A DNA stretch of 64,000 bases from Amoebidium appalachense (Eukaryota; Protista; Ichthyosporea): assembly GCA_963693365.1 (NCBI GenBank), contig CAVNZM010000001.1:8572907-8636906 (forward strand), in the 5' to 3' direction. The position numbers and the translations under genes are program-made. The first letter of the stretch is position 1; the number at the start of each line of letters is the position of its first letter. Shown here piece by piece: positions 15,912-27,385 of the stretch. Under the pieces are notes generated by a model. The model searched no databases. It was not told the DNA's origin and saw only the letters and a list, made by a program, of their open reading frames with translations.

Positions 15912-18900
15912 TCAGCACATGTTGAGCATCCCCACGGCCTTGGTGAAGAAAGAGGCAGACAGGGCCTTGGTGAACATGTCGGCCTTGTTGTCAGCAGAAG
16001 CCACCGGGACCACAGTGATGTTGCCCAGCAGGTGATGTTCCTTGACGGAGCAGTAGCGGACGTCGATGTGCTTGGTCTTGGGCTTAACCCCCAGGGTGTC
16101 CAGCAGGGCCCGGGCAGACTCATTGTCCCCATGGATGGGCACCGGGGTGGGCTCATCGATAGGATTAAGGCCCAGGTCGTCCATCACATAGTTGAGCCAT
16201 ATGGCCTCGTTCGTAGCAGCAGACATGGCCACAAATTCAGCCTCAGTGGAGCTGTGGGTGGTGATGGACTGGAGCCGAGACACCCAGGACACAGGGGAGG
16301 AGTTGATGAAGAAGACATAGCCCGTGGTGGAGCGCCGGGTGTCGCGGTCCTCGGCGTAGTCGGAGTCGGAGTAGCCAACAAGGGTGGGGGGGCCGGGACG
16401 GTAGACAATACCCAGGTCGATGGTGGCCAGCAGGTAGCTTACAACTCTGGTAGCCATAGTCCAGTGGGTGACGGTGGGCGCATGAATGTGTCGAGTAAGG
16501 ACTCCCAGAGCCTGGGAAATGTCGGGGCGGGTGGTACGCGCAATCCACAGCAGGGCACCGACCAGGCTGGCATAGTCCTCCTTCTTGCTGTGGGCTGGGG
16601 TCTTGTTGCTTTCACTGGCCTGGCCCGGGACGATGGGGGTCTTGGTGCCGGACATGTGGGTGAGACGAAAACGGGCAGCCAAGTCGATGATGTGTTGACG
16701 ATGGCCCAGACGCAGAGACCCGTCCTCCAGCCAGGTAAGAGTGTGCCCGATGAGCAGGGTAGGACGACCCAGGTCCTTGGCAGAGAAACGAGCATCCAGC
16801 TTGGTGAAAAAATCGTCGATGAGCGCATCAGTGGCGGCCGTCACGGTGAAGTCATCCACGTAGGCAGCAAGGGCAATAAACGTTGGGGTCCCGGCATTCT
16901 TGATGAACAGGCACGGGTCAGCAGCACTCACAATGAAGCCTTGGTCGAGGAGATGGTCACGGAGGGCCTCATACCACTGGCGCGGTGCCTGTTTTAGGCC
17001 GTAGAGCGCCTTGTGGAGCAAGCCGACAGCATGGGGGGCCGAGGGGTTGACGAAGCCAGGGGGCTGCTCAATGTAGATGGTCTCGTTGACGGTGCCGTTG
17101 AGGAATGCTGTGTTGACGTCGATGTGGCGCAGAGGCAGACCTTGGGCCACGGATGTAGCCAAAACCAGCCGGATGGTAGCCAGCGCAGTGTACACGCAGC
17201 CACAGGTGACTCGGTGACGAAATAGTCCTGGCCAGGCTGCTGGTAGTTGCCCCGGGCCACAAGCCGGGCCTTGAAAGCAGTGACGTTGCCGACGTTGTCC
17301 TGCTTGACCGTAAAGACCCAGCCGACCGGAATGACAGTGGAGCCATCCTCTGGACGGGGCACAAGGGTGAAGGTGCCGTTGTCTTCCAGGGCCTTGAGCT
17401 CACGGTGTGCAGCCTCCTCCCATTTCAGACGCTGGGGACTCTTGAGTGCAGCCCGGACAGTCTTGGGGACAACAATGGTGGAAGCCTTGATGGGTGTTGA
17501 TGCAGGAGCCGTAGCCTGGGAGGCAAGGGGGGCCGTAGCAGCAGCCACGTTGGCAGTCGGGCCTCGACGTTGGTCGTTGTACACAGCGCCACTACGGGTC
17601 GTCCGGGGGAGCCGATGTGCAGGCTCGGGCAGGATCGGAGTGTCCAATTGATCACTTGGCGCTGTCCCATTGGCTGACAGACGAGACGAATCAGATTGCT
17701 GATCATTCCGGACGATGTGATTGGCTGGCTGATTTGACGAATCAGATGACTCCAAAAAATGATGAATTGCCGGTGCGGTCGACCAATCAGATGGGACATC
17801 ACGGAGGGGGTGCAGAATAGCAGCCTCGTCGAACTGCACGTCACGGCTGACGGTCATCTTGTGTGCTGCTGGAATCCAGACCTTGTAGCCCTTGATGTTA
17901 GGAGGGTAGCCCACGAAGATGCCCTTGACGGCACGAGGCGCCAGTTTCGGTGTATCCTGTTGATGGACGTAGCAGGGAGAGCCCCAGACACGGAGCCGGC
18001 TGTAGTCGGGAGGAATGCCGGTCCACAGCAGGGCGGGAGACGATTGGCTGCCGGTGGCTCGCGACGGGAGCATGTTGCGTATAAAAGCCGCGGTCACAGC
18101 TGCCTCGGCCCAGAATCCCACCGGAAGGCCGGACTGCTGCAGGAGTGCCCGAACCATGTCGAGGAGGGTCCGGTTCAGTCGTTCGGCAGTCCCATTCTGT
18201 TGAGGAGAGCCGGTGGTAGTGATCTGATGGCGAATGCCGTGCTCACGGTTGTAGTCCCCGAAGGCCGTGCCCATGTACTCGCCCCCCGTCGGACTGAAAC
18301 ACCTGCATGGGAACACCGTGTTGGGTAACCGCCGCCTTGTGGTACGTCACATATGCAGCCAGTGTGTCCGACTTCTTGACGAGGGGCACGGCCGTGGTGT
18401 GGCCGGTGAAGTCGTCGTGGAACGTCGCCAAGTACTGAGCACCACCGATCGCGGGAGGGAAGGGGCCGCTGATGTCGCTGTGAACCTTGGCTAGGACCCG
18501 GGGAGCTTGGCTGGTTGATTCGGAGAAGGCAACACGGTGGGCTTTGCCGAGGGCACAGGGCTCACACACACCCGGAGACTTGGCACCGCCACCCACCAAT
18601 AGGCCTGCAGACTTGATGACCGAGCGTACAGCGTCAATGCCAGCATGGCCCAGACGGTAGTGCCACGTGTTGAGGTCGGCAGTAACCTTGAGGATACGCG
18701 GAGCAGTGGTGGTTTGGGCGTCCGGGGTTGTGTCCGCGCGCAGAAGAGACACCGCCATGTGGTACAGCTTGGTGCCGACAGCCGAGCCGGTGGCCAGAAT
18801 TTGATCGCCGTAGCACAACTTAACGCCGCCGCGGGTGTCAAAGCGGGGTAAAACGCCGTTGGTAGATGCCGTGAACACACTGATGAGAGTGTCGGGGATG

Positions 18901-19390
18901 GAGGGCACGTAGAGTACATCCGTCAGCTGATGCACCGCAGTAACGCCGTCGATGGTGCTGGAAAAGAACACGTCGCCCACCCCAAGCACTGCACATGCAC
19001 CCTTGTCGGCTACTTGGACCGTGGAGTAAGGCGCCGCACGCATGTTGACGAACACATCGGGCCGGGGGCACACATGGTCAGTGGCTCCAGAGTCGAGGAG
19101 CACCTTGTTGGTGCCACAGTCGTTGCTAGACATGAGGAAAGCCCGGGGAGCGGCAGCCCCCCCCTTGCACTGTGCCGTAGTGTGGGTAGTAGAGGCAGGG
19201 TGGTTGATGCAGGACCCAGGCGGGAGGGGACCACCCTTAGGTTTGCGGCCGTTGGCACGGTTGCCCCCCTTGCACATGGCGGTAGTGTGACTGGTAGACA
19301 GTGGGTGATTGACGCAGGAACCCTTGGGGTAGGTGCTGGCACGGCTGTTGCCAGAGTTGCTGTGTTGGCCGTTGCCGTTGGGGCACTGAG
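15912..19390 (-). pseudogene. Copia Gag C-terminus and Pol (protease, integrase, RT, RNase H) with two frame disruptions
   Basis: Motifs LLDSGAT (PR); WHYRLGH/CEPC, VHSDISGP, QQNGTAERLNRTL and IKGY (IN); FKARLVARG, DVNTAFLNG, LYGLKQAPRQW and YVDD (RT); YSDSDY and KHIDVRY (RH). Frameshifts occur in a G run at ~18282-18287 and at the 11-bp insertion 17184-17199. Confidence 0.95.
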
Positions 19391-21821
19391 TGTCATGTGC
19401 TGAGCTGATTCGTATTAGTTTGCTTCTATAATTCGTGTTTTGGTGAGTGAATTTCGGGGGTTTTCTTGCATAGTGATGCCGGGGTCTAAGTGGGGTATGA
19501 GGAGATTAATCAGTGGTATGGGAAGAACCTGATGCGGCGGCGGCTGATTGTTAAAGGTGCGCGCGTGCATGCACCATGCCTCTGCGTACTCTCCATGTTA
19601 AATGTTGTATTGCTTCTTGCTGTGTGCTTGGCGAGACCCATGTTGCCTGCTCGCGTGTGTGTATGCTTATATGTATTGTGAGTAAACGTGTGTACGTGTT
19701 GTAGTGCTGTAGGGGTGTCTGAGGTGGCGGTAGCCAATGGTGTGGAGTGCGTGTAGTCTGTGGGGGAGGGAGTGTTGTGATTGGCTGAATGTCACTGTGG
19801 TATTTGTCTGGCCAGTGGGCCGCGTGTCTGTGAAGTGTCTCGCGGGGTCGCGGGCTTTTGGAAGTTCTTCTCAGAACACAAAAAACTCTCTTCCCACCCA
19901 ACTCAAAGAAAAGTTTATACGTATACACGGTTTCGAGCCCCTTTAAGCGTGCAGATAGTTAGAGTAGTTCATATACACTCTGGTTGTAGCTACGACAAGC
20001 TACACCCCCCTTTCTCTGCAGTTTTTTGCAGGGAGGGGGCACACGCACTGTTAGTCCTTCTGGGCTGTTGCTTTCACCCCTAGTTTTTTTTTCAGGACTA
20101 GCGGTTATGAGTGGTTTTGACTTAGGACTTTTTCGCCGGTTAGAGGTAGAAGAAACATACGCACACACGGACCTACAGCTAGCAACAGTTGGCATAGGCA
20201 ACATGAGCAGTAGGACTAGTATCACAGGGGACTTAGTCCTCGCTAAGGACCTTGACCTCCCTAGGTGACTTAGCAAGCTCAGGGCCGTTTGCCCAGCAGA
20301 GGCCTCAGAAGGGACCGGCGGCGGTCACCCTCCCCACGGCGCTACCAGCCCTACCAGCCACGGCCACAACGGGATAACAGATGGGCCAGGCTGGCGTCTT
20401 TGGGCGGGACAGCAAGAGCCGGCGCCAGGCTCTTTCCCAGGCACCTGCGACAACTGCAAGGAGCGGGGGCAACGCGTGGTGTAAACAGCCCCGTCGTGGG
20501 GGGCAGGGACGTCGGTGACCGTGTTGCTGGTATGAAGGTTTTATTAGGGGGTAGGCCGTCTCTTGGGTTGTTGTTGTTGTATGAGAGTTGTGTATTGTTA
20601 TTTTTCGCTGGGTTTTCTACTGGTGCCTGGCGTTTTCGACGTGTGTATGAGTCCTGTGTTGGCGACGTGTGTGGTTAGGGTCAGTGGAATAGAAAGTCCT
20701 GCTGCTGTTTGGGAGCTCGGCCCTCTGACGAGGGGGCTGGGGGGGGGTCGAAGTGTAGTCATGGCAGTGGCAGGCCCCCACTGTTGTGAACCCCCGTCGT
20801 CAAAGGGCCTGGTGCTGAGGCCCCTTGGAGTGGCTGCCCTGGGCCTGGTGTTGAGGCCCTTTAGAGTGGCTGCCCGTAGTGTTGTTGAGTAGTGTTGTGG
20901 TGCCCAGTGCAGCAGTAGGCCTTAGACACACCGCTGGGTAGGGCACGGTTGGGGCGGAGGCATTCCCAAACCACCGGGACCTACGTAGTAGGAGTCTTTG
21001 TCGGGTAGAGGAATGGCCAGCAAGAGAGTCTGGAGGTGTACGTCACATGAGTCTGGAGGTGTTCGTCACGGCATGTTTGGTTGTGTTAGGAATTCTTTGT
21101 GGACGGGGGCTGCACGTGCGTGTAGAAGGTTAAAAAAAAAAAAAAAAAAAAAAAAAGACAGGACTCTCAGAGTCCAGGCGGACTCTCATAGTCCGCTGGA
21201 GGACCATACGAACCGACCCAAAATGTAAACTTTACATTTTCTCCCACTGGCATCATGTCTGTTGCTATGTTCCACTCGATATAACATTGTGCCAGGGGCA
21301 TGGGGTTTTGGGTGCAGGTTGTGGACGGGGGCAGAGGTGCATCTACAGGGCAACGTCAGTGGCGGTTCATATTATCCTTGTTTTGGGGTTGGGTTGGGTA
21401 CTAACCATGCTGGGGTGGTGCGTGGATGCATGTATATGTTTTATGTTATATGTTATATGTTGCTTCCTGCATGGTTAGCGGTAGTTGTAGTCGCTCAGCA
21501 CATAACTTTATTTTGTTTTTAGGTAGTTTTTACTGAGGTGGAACTCAGTTATTTTCTGTGCGAGGGGGGAGTTGTCATGTGCTGAGCTGATTCGTATTAG
21601 TTTGCTTCTATAATTCGTGTTTTGGTGAGTGAATTTCGGGGGTTTTCTTGCATAGTGATGCCGGGGTCTAAGTGGGGTATGAGGAGATTAATCAGTGGTA
21701 TGGGGAGAACCTGATGCGGCGGCGGCTGATTGTTAAAGGTGCGCGCGTGCATGCACCATGCCTCTGCGTACTCTCCATGTTAAATGTTGTATTGCTTCTT
21801 GCTGTGTGCTTGGCGAGACCC
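19391..21821 (+). mobile_element. Nested non-autonomous LTR retrotransposon inserted antisense in the copia gag zinc knuckle; 3' LTR truncated
   Basis: A ~250-bp direct repeat starting TGTCATGTGCTGAG occurs at 19391 and 21573. The second copy is preceded by the PPT-like GAGGGGGGAGT. The 5' LTR probably ends ...ACGACA at ~19997. A degenerate gag remnant (RRSPSPRR, TCDNCKERG) lies at ~20100-20485. Confidence 0.8.
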
Positions 21822-22620
21822 ATGTGATGTGGCCTGGTTTGCCGCAGCCGTGGCAGATGACAGGTTGAGGAGCCCGTGTGGTGAAGGCGGCCGGCCCGGA
21901 GCTGGTAGTCACACGTGCACGTGGGTGGCTGGTCTCATATGCCCGTAGCTGTTGGAGGAGGCCCATTACGGTAGGCTTGGGTGTCATCTTGTAGGCAATG
22001 ACAGGCATTTCGTAGTAAGGCACCTTGCCGAGGTCGTTGGTGAGCTTGGTCAGCACTTGAGCATCACCAATTTGTGTGCCGTAATCGGCCAGGCGCCGCA
22101 CGTAGCCGCGGAGCTTCATGGCGTATTTCGTCGCGGTGTCCGTAGGTTCAGGCGTAGAATTCATGTACAGCCCGATAAGGTCGTATTGATTGGCCTCAGA
22201 TTGCTCCAGGTAGTGGGCAGATAGGGCCGACCATATCTCCGCAGGTGTGGTGGTGCGTGTTAACCCTAGGATACAACGCACGTCAACCGAGAGTGCTTGC
22301 CACAGGTAGGAACGGGCAGTGTCGACCTGTTCACGGGTAGCCGGGTGCTCCGTACTGGGCGCGATGGTGTGGAGAAGACCAGCACCAGAAAGCTGGACAT
22401 ACATGGTTTCGGCCCATGTGTGGTAGTCCGTGCCTGAATCATTATCAATGCCAGTGAAGAGAGGGATGTCGACCTTGAACTTGATGGAATCATTACGTGA
22501 GGGGCCCATAACCCTGTTGGAAGTAGAGTCCGCTGTGACTAGGGTCGTCGTGGCGCGCTTGGGCGCTGACCCGTTTTTTTTTACTGCTTTCAGTGTGTTA
22601 ACTCCATGACTGAACTCCAT
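21822..22620 (-). pseudogene. Copia Gag N-terminal part (capsid-like region and start of the CCHC knuckle)
   Basis: The ORF opens inside LTR B, crosses the PBS (SNRVMGP) and continues DIPLFTG..DYHTWAETM...AEIWSALSAHY...CHGCGKPGHIT. It rejoins 19390 in frame once the nested element is removed. Confidence 0.88.
22502..22513 (-). promoter_or_regulatory. Primer binding site GGTTATGGGCCC of the gag-pol unit (half-tRNA iMet type)
   Basis: Lies 1 nt after the CCAACA end of LTR B on the minus strand. It is complementary to the initiator tRNA-Met anticodon stem-loop, as in Drosophila copia and hemiviruses. Confidence 0.9.
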
Positions 22621-22908
22621 GACTTAACTCCATGTCTGCACCTGGCAGAGACGTGGCTTATATACCCGTGGGGCAGCAGTCTGGAATGTAATCCGGATGC
22701 CAGGCGCTAATCGGATTGGTTACTTTCATTTAGAGATCTCTGGGACCAGTGAACCAATCGTTTGCAGTCAAAACACAATTGGCAACATTCCTCAACTATG
22801 CAGATGTGCATGTGGTGATCGAGTGTCAGCGTGTGTCTGTGTACACGGAACCAATTGTAAAGCTAACATACACATAATGTGGAGTGAGCGTAAGTCTGCA
22901 CTCCAACA
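22515..22908 (-). repeat. LTR type B, copy 1 (5' LTR of the gag-pol unit, 394 bp)
   Basis: Reverse complement of 23979-24371. The visible difference is A9 versus A8. It contains TATATAAG. Confidence 0.95.
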
Positions 22909-22911
22909 CTG

Positions 22912-23676
22912 TGTTGGAGTACACTGGTACTCCCGGCTAGCAATGTCTGTTAGAGAAAGTTTCTGAGCAATTGAATAATTGTTTCAACACTCACTCGAGT
23001 GCTAGAGCTTTTGTTTACGGTCATATTCATATATGGTAGTTATATGTTTGAGCCAAAACTGTACCAATGACGAGCTTCACTAGCAACGTGCTAATTGTGC
23101 TCATTAATTAATATTCCCGGTTCAGATGATGTCATGTCTATATTTGCCACAGGATTCTATTCTTAGAGTGGTAGTGTGCTTTATTCCCGGATATTCTCAG
23201 AATATTTTTAGTTGTGTGAAGTAAGATTTACGTTTAACTGCAATTGGTGTGTTAAACACGTTTATTTGTGTGCTTTAGTGCAAGTTAACTAGCCACTCAA
23301 CGTGCACAGTTAACTTTTATATCTTTAACGACTTGTTTTCATTGTGCTCTCTTTTCGGCCATGCTGTACATGGCCCACCACCAGGGTGCACACGAGGCCA
23401 CCATGAGGTGGCCAACGACTATATAAAGCAGTGCCTCCCATGTCACAAACATGGGAAGCAGAACGTTTGATTTACACTTTTTCTACTGTCGTTTTCAGTG
23501 CACAAAACACATAGACAAGTTACCCATCATACACGACACTATGTCTGACAACTTACAGTTGCAGCAACTAGTCCAACTACTGGAGCAGAGGTTGGCCTCA
23601 CAAGATGCAATCATTTCTGACTTACAGAAGGAACAACGTGCACTAGAACTAGCTTCTATGAACACGATGTCCAACA
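22912..23676 (+). repeat. LTR type A, copy 2 (5' LTR of the short unit, 765 bp)
   Basis: TGTTGGAGTACAC...GATGTCCAACA, with TATATAAAG at ~23420. The U5 part encodes a coiled-coil peptide, MSDNLQLQQLVQLLEQRLASQDAIISDLQKEQRALE. Confidence 0.95.
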
Positions 23677-23978
23677 GGGTTATGGGCCCAGACACGACAC
23701 CGCGGCCTCTAACTTCACGTCCCCTACGACGCCTTGAACGGAGGAGCCAGAAACCGACTTCTAGGCTGTACCCTACACCCGCGAGCGTATTTCCGTGAAG
23801 TAGAGACTTTCGCTTCCACAAACTCCATCCGCAGCAGCCTGCGACATCAACGTCAAGTATTCCACTTCATTGGCGGGGCACGCACCACAGTGGAATGCAC
23901 ACCCCGGTCTACCCTGCAAGCAGCCACACTCACTCTCTCTTCTCTAGTGGTGTGTACACTTCTCCAATTGGGTAGGGG
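23677..23978 (+). mobile_element. TRIM-like 302-bp internal region with its own PBS (23678-23691) and PPT (23965-23978)
   Basis: GGTTATGGGCCCAG follows LTR A directly and CAATTGGGTAGGGG precedes LTR B directly. No pol domains are present. Confidence 0.9.
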
Positions 23979-24371
23979 TGTTGGAGTGCAGACTTACGCT
24001 CACTCCACATTATGTGTATGTTAGCTTTACAATTGGTTCCGTGTACACAGACACACGCTGACACTCGATCACCACATGCACATCTGCATAGTTGAGGAAT
24101 GTTGCCAATTGTGTTTTGACTGCAAACGATTGGTTCACTGGTCCCAGAGATCTCTAAATGAAAGTAACCAATCCGATTAGCGCCTGGCATCCGGATTACA
24201 TTCCAGACTGCTGCCCCACGGGTATATAAGCCACGTCTCTGCCAGGTGCAGACATGGAGTTAAGTCATGGAGTTCAGTCATGGAGTTAACACACTGAAAG
24301 CAGTAAAAAAAACGGGTCAGCGCCCAAGCGCGCCACGACGACCCTAGTCACAGCGGACTCTACTTCCAACA
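23979..24371 (+). repeat. LTR type B, copy 2 (3' LTR of the short unit, 393 bp)
   Basis: TGTTGGAGTGCAGAC...CTACTTCCAACA followed by the TSD CAAAG. Confidence 0.95.
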
Positions 24372-24960
24372 CAAAGTTGATGACTAAGTCAGCATACTAC
24401 ATACTACAATGTAATGGAAGCTGTTTAAGTTAAAGTCATGTCACGAAATATTGGACATGCTAAATTTTAGTATCCCACAATCAACTGCTCCAAAGTTCCA
24501 CACCCATAAAACCAACGTCCAACTAGATCCAGGACTGGGTGACCGCTGGAAGCCTATGAGCTATTCTCGTGCACAAAAGTGCACGGATAGGTGTCTCCAT
24601 CAATTTGTCACATGGTCACTCCACAAGCACATGCTGAAGATTTTTGTCTTTCTCTTGGCCGTATCAAGTGCCTGGTATCTACTGCAACAACCCCCCTGCA
24701 TACAACCTCCCCCCCCTTCTCCTTCCCCTCTTTCCTTCCCACACTGACACTCACACCCTTATCGATGTCCCCACTATCACTTTTAGATTCCCCAATACAA
24801 CCTACCAGGTCCTGCAACCCACGCAAGATCTAAGGAAAAAACCAGCATAGGTAAATTGATCGAGTTGCAAGGCCTATGGTGTGTGCCCATCCCCCCCCCC
24901 CCCCCCCCCCCCCCCCTCCCCCCAACCTGCCTGCCCTCCGCCTCACACCCCTCCCCTCCC

Positions 24961-25000
<40 letters not shown>

Positions 25001-25941
25001 CTCCCCCCTCCCAGAAAAAGAATAATATGAATAAATATAAACGAAAATAATTCATTGAAAATGTAAGAAGAAAGAGAAGGAAGGCCTAGGAGGAAGAAAC
25101 TTTAATGATAATTCGGCTAACATATCCTTTTTCTTCTTCTTTTTTCTTTCCTGGATAAGGTGTCCCCGACGGTTGACGGTGGTATTTGAAATCCGGGCCG
25201 GGGGCGGGGGGGGGGAGGGGGGAGGGGGGGGGACGTACTCCATGCATAAGGAGCTAACTCGTGTGGCAGTTAGTACATGGTCAATAAAGAAATTAGTTGG
25301 TGACGTGCCTTTTTTTTTTTCCTTTCTCTCTTTTTTTTTTTTTTTGGGAGGGGGGGAGGAGGGAATATATCAAGCTGAGGGGCAAGGCCTAGGTAGTCGA
25401 CGCCCCTGGCAACTCCTACTGTAGCCACCGTGAACCAATCGCATGCAACGCTGGTTGTCACATGCACGTGTTTCAGAGTATGAATGACCTTGTCGCCAGT
25501 GGTGTTTATTTTTACATGTGTATCGCCAATAATAGAATATGCCCGATTTACATGTATTCAAATCTTCCATATACGTGGCGAGCCCATGCAAGCGGTAGGA
25601 TGGTAAATCTCAAATAAAAAAAGGCCGTAGATATGACTACAGCTTGTCCATTCAAGGATCAGAGAAAACCGATACTATGATACCGAGCCGTGGAAAATGC
25701 GGAAAAAGAAAAGGGGGAAAAAAGGGCATATGCTGAAGAAATCCGTAATTATCGACACAGTGTCATGATACAGATGTGTGTCTGCTTATCCACCAGGGAT
25801 ACAAGCCAACAAACCCCACTCTCTCTCAATTCCACGGCGAAACCCTCAATATCGCCACCACAAACACACGCAAAAATCACCAAATCCCCACAACTCCTAT
25901 CCTCCCTACCCTCCCTCCGCCATATCCAAACACAAAGCTAT

Positions 25942-26446
25942 CTAGTTCTTGCCGCGCGACACGAGGCTCCCATCCTCGCACCCGAAATATGCCTTGTGGG
26001 CCATGTTGATGAAAAGACCTGTCTCGACTATCCCGGGGATATTCAGTAGTTGCTGGTTAAGGGTGGCAGGGTCGTTGATGAGGCCGAAATCTGCGTCAAG
26101 GATAAAGTTGCCGTTGTCCGACACCTGCAGAAAAGATGAACATGTAAGGTGTTAATTGATTGGTGCAGAGTCATGTGTCGATCTTTCCACCCACCAACTC
26201 ACTAATATTTGTAGAACCTTTCTCTCATTATCAATAGGGGCAAAGCCCCAGGGGCGAACCCCCCCCACAATTGTGATTTCCACCCTACCCCCCGGTGAGG
26301 TTACAATTCATCAAGCAAAATACCAATCGGAACCGTATAATGCTACAACACATGTTTAACAAAACTTGGTATTGCAGGTGTGAAGTGCTGTGAACATTAG
26401 CCGGTTACACATTGGGGTACGTGCTAACAATGGATTATGGGCTGGG

Positions 26447-26489
<43 letters not shown>

Positions 26490-26867
26490 TCCTTTCCGTT
26501 CTCCCTCATCCGCGCATCCAAACCCATTCTCAACCACCCAGAGTGCAAAGAAAAGAGGGTGGGGTGATGGTGACCGTGGTGGTTGGTGATTGGGGAGGGA
26601 GGGGGGAAGGAGGGGGAAGGAGGGGGGAAGGGGGGGGGGGGGGGGGGGAGAGGGGGGAGGGGAAAAAGCTTTGAGGGTTAGTGGGGGGTGGGGGTTGGGG
26701 GGGGGGGGGGGGTTATATGCGTCAAAAAGTACGAAGTACACAAGAACAAACGGATAACACGAGAACAAACGGATAACACGATGCAGAATGCAAGCCATAC
26801 ATAAAGAGTATGCATAATAAGCAGAGCCCATCCTCAGGGGGGGCCCACGTCATCCACAGTACCCGAG

Positions 26868-26921
<54 letters not shown>

Positions 26922-27090
26922 TGTACAGACCGTTTGGTCCTATCCAACGGCAGTCCGAAATAGATCTTACATACACGAGTAATCATATCCCTTCTATGAC
27001 ATCCCCCCCCCCCCCCCCCTTTTGCCCGAAAAATAATGAAAGCACGCGGGTTCGTTAGCATGTATACATGCACTAACATCTTCCTATGGC

Positions 27091-27169
<79 letters not shown>

Positions 27170-27353
27170 AGTGAGTGAGTGAGTGAGTGAGTGAGTGTGG
27201 GTGAATGCATGTGTGTGTGTGCGTGCCTCGCGTGTATGTATGAAAGAGTGAGAAAGAGAAAGAGGGGGAGACACACCCACACCCACACCCACACAGAGAG
27301 AGAATTATGTGTGGGTGTGTGCAATGTGTGTGTGTGTGTATTTGAAGGGAGGG

Positions 27354-27385
<32 letters not shown>

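Larger units (their letters stand above)
14960..24371. mobile_element. Composite Ty1/copia insertion with four LTRs (A-rev, gag-pol, B-rev, A-fwd, spacer, B-fwd) and one 5-bp TSD
   Basis: TSD CAAAG at 14955-14959 and 24372-24376. All four LTRs have TGTTGG...CCAACA ends. There are two PBS and two PPT, and the domain order is copia-type PR-IN-RT-RH. Confidence 0.93.

Noticed and set aside
15882-16997. 371-aa plus-strand ORF and other antisense ORFs over copia pol
   Set aside because: These are shadow frames of GC-rich coding sequence with no motifs.
14960-24371. DIRS-like or TIR DNA transposon interpretation of the inverted LTR copies
   Set aside because: There is no tyrosine recombinase, and the outer ends are different sequences. 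The element has a DDE integrase, copia domain order, PBS/PPT and a 5-bp TSD.
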